Assembly (NCBI GenBank): GCA_050945815.1
Contig: JBMNTQ010000001.1
Coordinates: 1 to 53,261 of the forward strand
Source of the DNA: Christensenellales bacterium
Lineage (GTDB): Bacteria > Bacillota > Clostridia > Christensenellales > JBMNTQ01
Length of the DNA stretch: 53,261 nt
Direction of reading: 5' to 3'
Shown here in pieces: positions 41,301 through 53,261 of this stretch (its first letter is position 1; each line of letters opens with the position of its first letter). The notes below the pieces were generated by a model. It did no database searches, was not told where the DNA came from, and saw only the letters and a list, made by a program, of their open reading frames with translations. The translations under genes and the position numbers were made by a program.

Positions 41301-44300
41301 TGGTTGATCAGGCCGTTGGTGTCTAGCAGCATCATCCAAGCGTAGGTGCGCAGCAGAAAGTTCATCCACATGGGCAGCATGAACCAGATCATCAGCCGCT
41401 GGGCCTTTTTCCCGTTGCGCGCCATATACAGGGCCACAGGATAACCTAAGACCAAGCAGATGGCTGTACAGATGAGCGCCAGAATGATGGAGCGCACGAG
41501 GACATCTACGTAGATTGGATCGAAGGTTTTGATGATGTTGTCCAGCGAAAAGACGAGCTGGCCGCTGATGTCGCTGGTAAAGGCGTAGTAGATGATGAGC
41601 AGCAGCGGCAGCAGGATAAAGACCACCATCCACAAAATATAGGGGTATCGTAAGAGTTTGCTCAGCATGGGCTTATCCTTTCTTCATAATATGAATCTCG
41701 TCCGGGAGAATATCCAGCCCCACTGCTGTGCCCACCGGGGACATGGAAGTGGAATGGACCAGGAAAGTGTGGCCTGGCGTCTCGACCTGCATTTCATAGT
41801 GGACGCCCATGAATATGACGGACTGAACCACGCCCCGGAGCATGCCGCTAGAGGCTTCCACCAGCCTGATGTCTTCCGGACGTACCACAACTTCCACCGG
41901 GGTGTTCTCCCCGAAGCCCTTGTCTACGCAGACAAATTCGCGTTGGCAGAATGAGACGCGCAGATCTTTTAGCATGGTTCCGGAAATGATGTTGCTTTCA
42001 CCAACAAAATCAGCCACAAAGGCGTTTTTTGGTTCGTTGTAGATGTCGGTGGGGGTGCCGATCTGTTGGACCAGGCCGTCCTTCATGACCACGATGATGT
42101 CGGACATAGTTAAGGCTTCTTCCTGATCGTGGGTAACAAAAACGAAGGTGATGCCCAACTGTTTTTGCATATTCTTTAACTCGAGCTGCATTTCCTTACG
42201 CAGCTTGAGGTCGAGGGCGGCTAGGGGTTCATCCAGCAGCAGAACTTTGGGCTGGTTGACCAAGGCCGGGGCGATGGCTACACGTTGTTGCTGGCCGCCG
42301 GAAAGACTATCTACGCTGCGCTTTTCAAAGCCGTTTAGGCCAACCATATCCAGCAGGGAACCCACTTGTTTTTTTGTCAGTTCCTTGTCGGCGTTTTTGA
42401 TCTTTGGGCCGAAGGCTACATTATCGTACACGTTCAAGTGGGGGAAAAGGGCATATTTTTGGAAAATAGTGTTGACGTTTCGCTTGTAGGGCGGGGTTTG
42501 GGTGATATCTTTGCCCTCAAACAACACCTTGCCGGTGGTGGGTGTTTCAAAGCCGCCTATAATGCGCAGGGTCGTGGTTTTGCCGCAGCCGCTGGGGCCT
42601 AGGAGGGTTACAAACTCCTGAGGACGAATAAAAAGATTTAAAACCTTGATCGCTTCTGTGCCATCATAGGTTTTGGATATATTTACTAGATCGATCAAAC
42701 GTTCTTCCATGTCCATACTCCCCTAACTATGCGATTAAAATGTTGGCGGCGACGAGACCCACAAAACCTTTGCCGTCTGTTTCCCTGGATTGGTAATCCG
42801 ATGGGGGCGGGCGGGGTTGAAATAGAAGCTGTCGCCTTTGCGGGCTTTATATTGCTCGTACCCCAGTTCCAGCAGGATGGAGCCGGATAGGACATATCCA
42901 AACTCCTCGCCTTCGTGGGGATCGTCTAAATAGCTGGAACCGCCGGCGCGCAGCGTCAGAAGAATCGGCTCGAGATTGTTTTTTTGGGCGCTGGTGACTA
43001 GCCACTGGATTTGGGAGCCTAATTCCTCATCTTCTTTTACAAAAATATCCTCCGGTTTGTAGATGACCTTTTCTGCTATGGATTCGCTGAAAAACTCGTG
43101 TATGTTTGTGCCTAAGCATTCCAGGATATCCAGCAGCGTAGCGATGGAGGGGGAGGTTAGGTTACGTTCAACCTGGGAAATGAAGCCTTTGGAAAGCTCG
43201 GCGCGATTTGCCAATTCTTCCTGGGTTAGGCCAAACGTAAGCCGCAATTGCTTTATTTTCTCGCCAATGTTCATAGCCAGCCTCCGACGTTTAATTGCAG
43301 AATCACTAAACAAAATGTTTAGTGATTCTAAACAGAAATTAAATCTATTTAAACATAAATTAGCGAAACAGTCAATAAAAATATTGTAAAAAAAATAGAG
43401 ATGAGCACTTTTTTTGCTGGGAATTTTTGTTACGGAAAATGTGGAGTACTTTGAGAAAAGCGGCAGACTGAAAATTCAGTCTGCCGCTGTGGTTTAAAGA
43501 TGGATTTAGGACTGTTCGGCTTGTGGGGTATCGAGCTGTTCCTGTGCTTCTTCCAGCTTGGATACCAGGGTTTTAACGATGCGCCGATCCTCGATTTCGT
43601 CTACTAGGATTTTCAAGCCGTAGGCTTCTACCTCAGGATAGCTGCCGTCGGCAGGAATGGAGTTGAGCTGGCCAAATACCAGGCCGCCTAAGGTGTCGAA
43701 TTCGTCGATAGGAAGCTCGATGCTCAGCAATTCGGCTAGGGTGTCTAGCGGCATGGAACCCTCGACTCGCCAGAGATTATCTGAAAGCTGTTCGAATTCT
43801 TCTTCGGGCGGATCGTATTCGTCGTAGATGCTGCCCACAATTTCCTCTAGAAGGTCTTCCATGGTGACGATGCCGGAGGTTCCGCCATATTCGTCGACAA
43901 CCACTGCAATATGCACCTTTTTTTGTTGCAAATCTTTGAACAGGACGTCGGTATGGACGGTTTCGGGTACAAAATAGGGAGTGCGCAGCAAATCTTTTAA
44001 GGGGCGGGGGCTTTCCTGGCAGATGTTGACGAAATAATCCCGCAGGTAGAGGATGCCGATAATATCATCGATGTCCTCGTCGTAGACGGGGAAGCGTGAA
44101 TGACCGCTTTCTTGGATGATTTTACGAATCTCGATTGGGTCTTCGTCTACCCAGATGGCGTAAACATCGGTACGGTGGGTCATTACATCTTCAGCGTTTT
44201 TGTTGTCGAACTCGAATATGTTCTCAATCATTTCTCTCTCGTCGGTCGCGATGGAGCCTTTCTCCTCGCCAATGTCTACCATCAGTCGGATTTCTTCTTC

Positions 44301-47300
44301 CGTGACGGCAGCGGCAGCTTCGTGGGGGTTGATGTGTAGCAGCCGAAGGATGGCGTTGGTAGAAACAGACAGCAGCCAGACAAAGGGCGACATGATTTTA
44401 GTCAGACCGCCAATTAGGCCTGCTACCCTCATGCCGATTTTCTCAGGCGAACGCATGGCCAGCCGTTTGGGCACCAGTTCCCCAAATACCAGCGTGAAAT
44501 AGGAGAGAATTAATGTGATAATGATGACGGCGATGGTGTTGAGGGTGCCGGCATTGGCGGAAGGGTTTGCTGCTATAATTCCGTCTACAATGCGGCTAGC
44601 AAAATTCTGAGAAGCAAATGCGCTGCCCAAAAACCCTGCAAAGGTGATGCCGATTTGGATGGTAGATAGGAAATTGGTTGGTTTCTCAGCAATTTTTAAT
44701 AAGGTTACAGCCTTCGAGTTGCCTTCTTCCGCCATGCGCCGGATACGATTTTCGTTGATAGAAATAACGGCAATTTCGGTCATAGCAAAAAAAGCGTTAA
44801 TCAAGATTAAGACTATCTGCAGAATAAGCTGTAATATCAGAGGGTCGTCTGACAAACAAAAGCACTCCTTTATGTTTCATATATTACTATATAATATACT
44901 ATATTTCCGTTTTGTAAACAATGGAGCAATTGGCGGTATTTATCCGGTTTGTGGCATATTTACATCGAAAAAGCTGAACCATACGATTTAGCTTCTGTAT
45001 GCTTCGAATATGTTGCTTTTGCGAGCTATTATCGACGATTTACATAAAGTTGGATGAGAAAATCTCTGTGAAGGGTTCTCTAAGCGGTTGAGGCCGGATT
45101 CATTGCGCAGGGAATTTGCAAAAAAACCACCCGAGCCGGCGGCAAGAATACAGGCATATCAGCATAAGCTGATTTTTTGGCAGAGATGCAATAGTTGGAG
45201 CAAAATGAAGATTTCTGTTTGCAAACGCCTGATTATCTGATAGAATATTTAATATCGTGCATACAATCTCATATCTATCCTTGCCGCATCGGTTAAAGAC
45301 GTCGTGGCAAGCAACATATCGTAGAACAAGGGGGAAATCTGACGATGAAAGTTTATACAGCCAAAGAAATTAGGAACCTTGCCGTTGTGGGCCATGGCGG
45401 CGACGGAAAAACAACTTTAACAGAAGCGTTTTTGTTTAATGCCGGTGCGATTGACCGTATGGGCAAGGTGGAGGACGGCAGTACGACTACGGACTATGAT
45501 CCGGAGGAAATAAAACGTCAAATATCCATCAGCATGGCTTTGGCGCCACTGGAGTATAAAGGCTGTAAGCTGAACATCATCGATACGCCCGGTTATTTTG
45601 ACTTTGCCGGTGAAATGGTAGAGGCTTTGCATTTTGCCGATGGTGCGCTGATTTTGGTTAGTGCGGTTTCCGGGTTGAGCGTAGGCGCTGAGAAGGCTTA
45701 TGAAATGTGTGACCAGAGAAACCTGCCTCGTATGATTCTGGTTAACCAGATGGATCGGGAAAATGCGGATTTCAATAAAACCCTGAACCAGCTTACGGAT
45801 CGATATGGTACGCGGATTGTTGCGTTGCAGCTGCCCATTATGGAGGGCGGTTCGCTTGCGGGCTTTGTGGATCTGATTGAGATGAAGGCCAAGCTTTTTG
45901 ACGGCACGAACCTCAAGGATGCGGAGATTCCTTCCGCCCTTTCAGGGGATGTTGAAGCTTTGCGGGAGACGCTGATTGAGGCTGCCGCAGAAAATGACGA
46001 TGACCTGCTGGAGAAATTCTTTGGCGGAGAAGAACTTTCCAAAGAAGAGATTATCGCTGGGGTGCGTGCCGGCGTTATGCTGGGCAAGATTGCCCCTGTG
46101 CTGGCTGGCGCAGCGGCTCCGAACCTAGGGATTGGCGCCTTGATGGAAGGCATCATTGAGTATATGCCTTCGCCGGCAGATTTGCCGCCGGTGGCTTGCA
46201 AGGATGCAAAAACCGATGAAGAAACGACCCAGGCCTATGATGACACGCTGCCTTTCTCGGCGCAGGTTATCAAGACGGTGGCAGACCCCTTTGTTGGAAA
46301 GCTGTCTCTCTTTAAGGTGTATTCCGGCGTGCTGAAGAGCGATTCTTCTTTGTATAATATGCGGGTAAGCAAAAGCGAGAAACCCGGCACGATCTACAAT
46401 ATGCGCGGCAAGAAGCAGACGACAGTGACTGAGATTCATGCCGGAGATATTGGTGCCTTGGCGAAGCTACAGCATACTTTGACCGGCGATACCCTGTGCG
46501 AATCCAATCAGGGCGTGGTGTTCCCGGCGTTGGAATTCCCCAAACCCTGTATTTCCCTGGCGGTTACTGCAAAAAAAGAAGGCGAGGAAGACAAAGTATT
46601 TGCCGGCCTTTACCGCTTGATGGACGAAGACCCCACCATGATTGTGGAAAAAGATTCGGTGACGAGCGATACCCTGATTCGCGGGATGGGAGAGTTGCAC
46701 CTGGAAGTTATTTGCAGAAAGCTGCAAAACAAGTTCGATGTGGAAGCACAGCTGAATGAGCCTAAGATTCCCTACCGCGAGACCATCCGCAAGACTGTGA
46801 AAGCGGAAGGAAAGCACAAGAAACAGACCGGCGGTGCGGGCCAGTTTGGCCATGTGTTTATTCAATTTGAGCCGATTCTTGACAGCAACGTTGAATTTGA
46901 ATTTGTAGATAAGATTGTGGGCGGGGTTGTGCCGCGGCAGTTTATTCCCGCTGTGGAAAAAGGCTTGCGGGAGAGCGTGAAGAAGGGCGTTCTGGCCGGC
47001 TATCCGATGGTAAATTTGCGCTGTACCCTCTATGACGGGAAGTATCATCCGGTAGACAGCAAGGAGATTGCTTTTATCTCGGCTGCGCGTCTGGCCTACA
47101 GAAAAGGCTGTGCAGAGGCGAACCCTATACTGTTGGAGCCGATCTATAAAGTGGAAGTGAACATTCCGGACGAATACATGGGCGATGTGATCGGTGATTT
47201 AAACCGGCGACGGGGCCGTATTTTGGGAATGAACCCGGTGATGAGCGGTCAGCAGGTTTCTGCAGAAGTGCCGCTGGCGGAGATGTTTAAATATGCCACC

Positions 47301-50300
47301 GACCTCCGTTCAATGACCCAGGCCCGGGGTGTCTTTGATATGGAATTCCTGCGCTATGAGGAAGTTCCGGCCAACATTGCTGCGAAGGTCGTTGAGCAGG
47401 GCAAAAAAGACATGGACGATGCAGAATAATACGATATTTTAGCTAAGGATGCCGGGAGATACGTCCCGGCATCCTTTTTATGCTCCGGCTTTCTCCAACT
47501 GGGCGCGGCGGATAAATTATGCTATACTTTAAAATAGATCGTGTGGATGTTACACACCGAAACAGATGGGAAAAGGTAGGGGAAACGGTGGAATGATGCG
47601 GATTATGGTGCCGGCTACGACGGCGAACCTGGGCGCTGGGTTTGACAGCTTCGGGATGGCGCTGTCTATTTATAATGTTGTGGAATTTGAGACGGCGGCA
47701 TCGGCTTTGCATATCGATGTGCAGGGCAGCTTGCGCGTACCTGTGGACGAAAGGAACCTTTTATACCAGTCGATTAAGCAGACGCTGGACGACCTAGGGG
47801 TAAAGACGCCGGGTTTGCGTATTCGGCAGCACAACTATATCCCTGTGACACGGGGGCTGGGCAGCAGCGCCGCTTGCAGGGTGGCTGGAGTTATGATTGC
47901 GGACATGATTGCGGAGGCAAAGCTGAGCCGGGAAGAGATTGTCGGCCGCGCTGCAAGGATGGAAGGCCATCCGGATAATGTGGCGGCGGCGGTGATGGGC
48001 GGCTTTACTATAGCCGGCATGGATGAGGGGCAGACCTTGGTCATGAAGATGGAAGTGGGGCCTTCGATGAAATGCTGTTTGCTTGTACCTGGGTTTCCGC
48101 TGCAGACTAAAAAAGCACGATTTTTGCTGCCTGATAAGGTGACACGGCAGGCTGCTGTCTATAACATCGGGCGTGCGGCTGTCTTTGCGGCGGCGATGGC
48201 GACCGGCCGATACGAATATCTGTGGGAGGCCAGCAAGGATGCGCTGCATCAGCCTTACCGGAAACAACTGGTGCCTGGTTTTGACGAGATTGTGCTGGAG
48301 GCGCAAGGATTAGGTGCGCGCGCAGCTTTTCTGAGCGGTGCGGGGCCTTCGATTGTGGCGCTGGTGGATCGGGAGCATGAGGCGTTTGAGCAGGGGATGC
48401 GCAGTTTTTTGCAAAAACGGCAGCTAGACTGGAAGGTTTTGATGACGGAGGTTTGTCAGGGGGGCGCGTGGTGTGAGCCGTGCTGAAGCAGAGAAGAATC
48501 AAGTTTTTAGGAGGATTGGTTTGAAAGCGGCAATTTTTGATATGGACGGGACGTTATTGGATTCTATGCCGATGTGGGGAGGGTTGGTTAGGGAGTACGT
48601 AGAGAATAAAGGAATTGTTTGCTCAGCGGAAAGCCTTCGAGACGTGGAGAGCTTGGCGCTCCAGCCTGCGGCTGCTTATTTTGCGGAGCATTTTTTGCAG
48701 GGAGAAACAGCCCAGAGTGTGTTGGAGGATTGGTCGGATTATGTTGTTAAGGGATATGCGACTGCTGTCGTGCCTAAGCCCGGTGTGATGGAGTATTTGG
48801 AGCGGCTGAAGCAGAAGGACGTGAAGATGTGTGTTGCGACTTTGACAGATAGATATCATGCCCAGCCTGTCTTGGAGCGGCTGGGCATGAGTCAGTATTT
48901 CGAATTTTTGCTGACTGTGCCGGAAGCGGGAAAAGACAAGCGCTTTCCGGACATCTATTTGCAGGCTGCGGAGAGGATGCAGCTTGCGCCGAAACAATGC
49001 GTCGTGTTTGAGGATTCGTTTTATGCGGCACGAACAGCGAAGAGCGCGGGGTTCGTTGTGTATGGCGTTTTTGACCCTCACCACAAGGGCGGGAATGAAA
49101 AGCTTCGGCAGGTTTCGGACCGATTTGTGGAGAGCTTTGAACAGCTGCTGTAAGAGCTTTTGAGCATTATCCGATTCTTTTCAGCACCAGTGCGGTGCGG
49201 GAGGGGGAGTAGATGGGCAGAGTCGGGAAGCCGGACTTGGTGGAGCGGGTTTGGTAGATGATGGTTGGGTCGATGCGGCTATGACCGCCAAACTCGGCCG
49301 TATCGGTATCGAAGCACACCCGATATTTCCCGTGTTCGGGTACGGGCAGCGTAAAGCCTTCGTAGGATTGATTGGGATGGAAGTTGAATAGGAATACGAC
49401 ACCGCCCTTGCGAAATGCGAGGGCTTTTTTTTCTTGATCCACCCAGAGATTTAGCAGGTCGGTGCTGGAGAGAATGTTAGTATCCTGTATGAAGGACAGC
49501 ATGGCACGATCGAAGTTTGCCAGAAAACGGTATTTTAAATCTGGACGGTCGACTAAGCTCCACTGGCGGCGGGCGTAGTGGTAGCTGTAGTTGTTGCCTT
49601 CCCGGGGGAAATCCACCCATTCCGGGTGGCCGAATTCGTTGCCCATAAAATTGAGATAGCCCTCACTGCCCAAGCTGGCGGTGGACAGCCGGATGAGCTT
49701 GTGCAGGGCAATGGCACGGTCGATGACGATGTTGTCGTCGTCTGTACCCATGTGCCAGTACATTTCCTGATCGGCCAGCCAGAACATGATGGTTTTGTCG
49801 CCGACAAGGGCCTGATCGTGGGATTCCGAATAGCCGATGCTTTTCTCCTGAGGCCGGCGGGTGGTTAATTCGTGCCACATTTGCCAGATATCCCACTGGT
49901 TGTCGTCGTGTTTTTTTAGGGTTTTGATCCAGAAATCCGGGATACCCATGCCTAGGCGATAGTCGAAGCCGATGCCGCCGCTGGAGATGGGCAGACACAG
50001 GCCGGGCATACCCGACATATCTTCTGCGATGGCGATGGAGCGGGGGTTGATCTCTTTCATTAATTCGTTGGCTAGTTGGAGGTAGTTTACGGCATCGAGA
50101 TCGGTGTCCATGGTGAAATACTGTTTGTATTCCGTGAAATCTACCCCGATACTGTGGCTATGGTAGAGCATGGAGGTTATGCCGTCGAAACGGAATCCGT
50201 CGAAATGATATTCCTGCATAAAAAACTTAATGTTGGATAAAAGAAATTGCAGGACACCATCCTTGCTGTAATCAAACAGGCGAGAATCCCAGACCGGATG

Positions 50301-53261
50301 AAAGCCGCGGCTGCCTGCGTGGAAAAACTGGGTATCTGTGCCGTCGAAGCCGGCGATGCCTTCCCGGGTGTTTTTGACGGCATGGGAATGGACTAAATCC
50401 AATAGTACGGCCAGGCCCATGGAGTGGGCGGTGTTGATGAGCTCTTTTAAATCGTCTGGCGTGCCAAACCGGGAGGATATTGCGAAAAAGTTGGACACCT
50501 GATAGCCAAAGGAGCCGTAGTAGGGATGTTCCTGGATGGCCATCAGTTGGATGGCTGTGTAGCCTGCTTTTTTGATGCGGGGCAGGATGTTGCGGGTAAA
50601 CTCTTGATAGGTGCCTACTTTGCATTCTTCCTGCGCCATACCCACATGGGCTTCGTAGATGAAGAGCGGCGTTGTGCTGGGCAGATGGAAGTTGGCGTCG
50701 GTCCAAACAAAGGGCTGCTTGGGCGCCCAAATTTGGGCAGAAAAGTCGTGCCCGTGTTGCTCTTGAACCGCTCGGGTTGCATAAAGGGGAATTCTGTCTT
50801 GGGATTGGCCGTCTTTTTCCACTACGACTTTTACGAGGGAGGCGTGGGGCAGGGCGGCTTTTCCAGGCAGAAAAATCTCCCAGTTGCCATGGTCCAGCCT
50901 TTGAAGGGGATGGGAGGAAGGGTTCCAACTATTGAAATCTCCGGTTAGATAGAGGGCGTCGGCAGCGGGGGCCCACTCTCTGTAGTACCATCCGTCGTTA
51001 CATGGGTGGAACCCGTAGAACAGATGGCCGTTGGCAAAATCGTTTAAGCTGGAGCAGCCTTGAAGCAACTGGGCGCGGCGGCTTTCGTAGCGCTGCATGC
51101 GCAGATTGATATCATTGGCAAAAGGCTTGAGCCAAGGGTCTATTTCGATGATTTTATAATCCATGGACGTACCTCCAGCACATATTCTTACTTTAATTAT
51201 AGCGTATAATAAAGTGAATTGACAGGATTTGGAAGCTATTTTATAGATAGGAAAGGGTTATCTTTTTGCTAGATGGAAAACAAAGGCTTACATGGAAGAA
51301 ATTAAATAAAAACTAGTTTTCATATTTGGACGACGACTTGGGATACTATATTTAGAAAACATTTTCTGTCGGTAGAAAAGTATGGAAAGGAGACGGCTAA
51401 CTATGAAGAGCGGTTTTTTGACAGGCGTGATGACGGGTGGTATAATAGGAGTTGCAGCAATTGTGACTGCCATTGCTGTGAATCCAAGCCTACAGGGCGA
51501 TAAGCCCAGAAAGTGGATTCGCAAGGGACGTAAAATGATGCGCCAGTTCATGTAGGAAGTTAACTATGATGCAATCCAGCGGCAGGTCAAATTGGATGTT
51601 CTTGCTTAAAAAGATGACCCGGTTTGCCATAGCAGCTGGGTTGCTTGTATTGGCCTATCTTTTGCGTGTGCCGCTGGCTTCCGCTTTGACGCCGGTGGTG
51701 ATTGCCATTGTCATTGCTTATCTGCTGCACCCAGTCAACTGCTTTTTGCGGCGGACATGCAAGATGAAACCCTGGCTCGCTATTACGATTAGCTATGTGG
51801 CCCTTATATTGCTGATCGCTTTGATTTTTGTATTCGTGATTCCTTTGCTTGTGAGAGGAATCCAGCAGCTGATTGATTCGCTGCCAGAGATTATCAATTC
51901 TATCAGCGATGCGTTCGATCGGATTCAGAAACAGTTGTCTTCTGCGGGAATTGTGAACAGTTTGGGCGATTCTTTTCGCAACTTTACAGCATCGGTTCCC
52001 CAGATATTGACGGATTTGCTGGAGAATACGTTTGGCTTGCTGTCCAACACCATAGCGATCTTGACGACGGTGTTGATTTCGTTGTATATTTCGGTTTTTA
52101 TTTCCAAGGATTACCGTCTGTTTTCTGAGGATATATACAGACTGTTGCCTAGGAGGCACCGCAAAGGCGCCCGGGAGATGGTGCAACGCATCAGCAATTC
52201 TTTGCTGGGCTTTTTGAAAGGACAGTCTATCGTTGCTCTGATAAGCTTTGTCGGCACCCTTGCGGGCTACTATATTATTGGCTTGGAGTATGCGCTGGCT
52301 TTGGGGATTATGATGGGCGTTGCGTCCTTGATACCGTATATCGGCCCATTTATTGGTGCGATGCCTGCCCTGCTAATTGGGCTGCTTTTTCCCGACAAGC
52401 TTTTGTGGACTGTGATTGTTATTGTCGTGGTGCAGGGTGGAATCGGGGTTTTGAGCCCCAAGATCATGTCGGACAAGCTGGATATTCATCCTGTTTATAT
52501 TATGGTGGGCATCTTGTTCTTTGCCAGCTTGCTGGGCGTGATTGGTATGCTGTTTGCTTTGCCGATTATGATTATTATCCGCGAGATTATCGTTCAGGTT
52601 AGGATGGAGCGGCGAACAGAGATCGAGACGAATCCGGTTGATTGATTTATTATGATTGGAGGGGGTATTATGGAGAATTTTGACCATACCATGCAATTTT
52701 CCCGGGAAAAGGATCAGTATAAGACCCCAAAGGACATTATCATGGCTGTGTATGACGCCATGAAGGAGAAAGGATATGACCCGGTTAATCAGTTTGTGGG
52801 CTATATTACCTCCGGCGATCCGACCTATATTACCAGCCATAAAAATGCCCGGGCGCTGATGCGGCGACTGGACCGTGATATGTTGCTGGAAGAATTGGTG
52901 GGGTTTTACTTCGAAAACAAGACATGAGACAGGAAAGGCTGCCCGTTTATTTGGCGCAGCCTTATTTTTGTGGGGGGGAGGATGCCGGATTTGCGGATTA
53001 TGGGACTGGATATTGGAGAGAAGCGAATTGGGATTGCTTGCAGCGATGCCCTGCTTCTAACGGCCCAAGGCTTGGAGAGCTACCAGCGCAAGGGGCTGGA
53101 AGCAGACCTTGCGCATATTGCCGCCTTACTTGAGGAAAAGCAGGCAAGGGAGCTTGTGTTGGGGATGCCGCGCAATATGAACGGCAGCTATGGGCCGGCC
53201 GCAGAGAAAGTGCGGGCGTTTGCCCAAGCGCTGGAGGCCCGCGTTGATGTGCCCATTGTTT

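Overview
This 53.3 kb window looks like a core chromosomal segment of a Firmicutes/Clostridia-type anaerobe. The inference rests on gene content (IreB-RuvX, DegV, ECF transporter, class III RNR nrdDG), GGAGG-type ribosome binding sites and frequent GTG/TTG starts. It is densely coding and mostly housekeeping or transport. The main loci are: a pstSCAB-phoU-response regulator-kinase phosphate operon with an upstream Pho-box array; a dedicated ECF transporter (T, fused A-A', S); nrdDG with tandem NrdR boxes; a heterodimeric ABC exporter followed by small DNA-alkylation-repair genes; a LacI-controlled sugar/polyol locus containing a decayed ATPase paralog; potABCD with an XRE-cupin regulator; one tRNA-Glu(CUC); a divergent EF-G paralog; thrB; glgB; and an AI-2E transporter. 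I saw no transposase, integrase, phage genes, CRISPR array, toxin-antitoxin pair or recognisable defence system, and no rRNA. I cannot point to an obviously new multi-gene system. The most unusual items are: (1) a carrier-protein-like ORF coupled to an alpha-oxoamine synthase, then GalE and DegV, a possible amino-lipid module; (2) an EF-G-like GTPase lacking the catalytic His and the NKxD Lys; (3) a three-hairpin attenuator-like leader in front of nrdD; (4) an unassigned 235-nt leader before the ECF operon; (5) a shared AAACGTTT operator motif linking the LacI locus to a distant orphan iolB; and (6) a two-unit ~102-bp tandem repeat next to the tRNA. All functional calls come from motif recognition by eye, without database searches.
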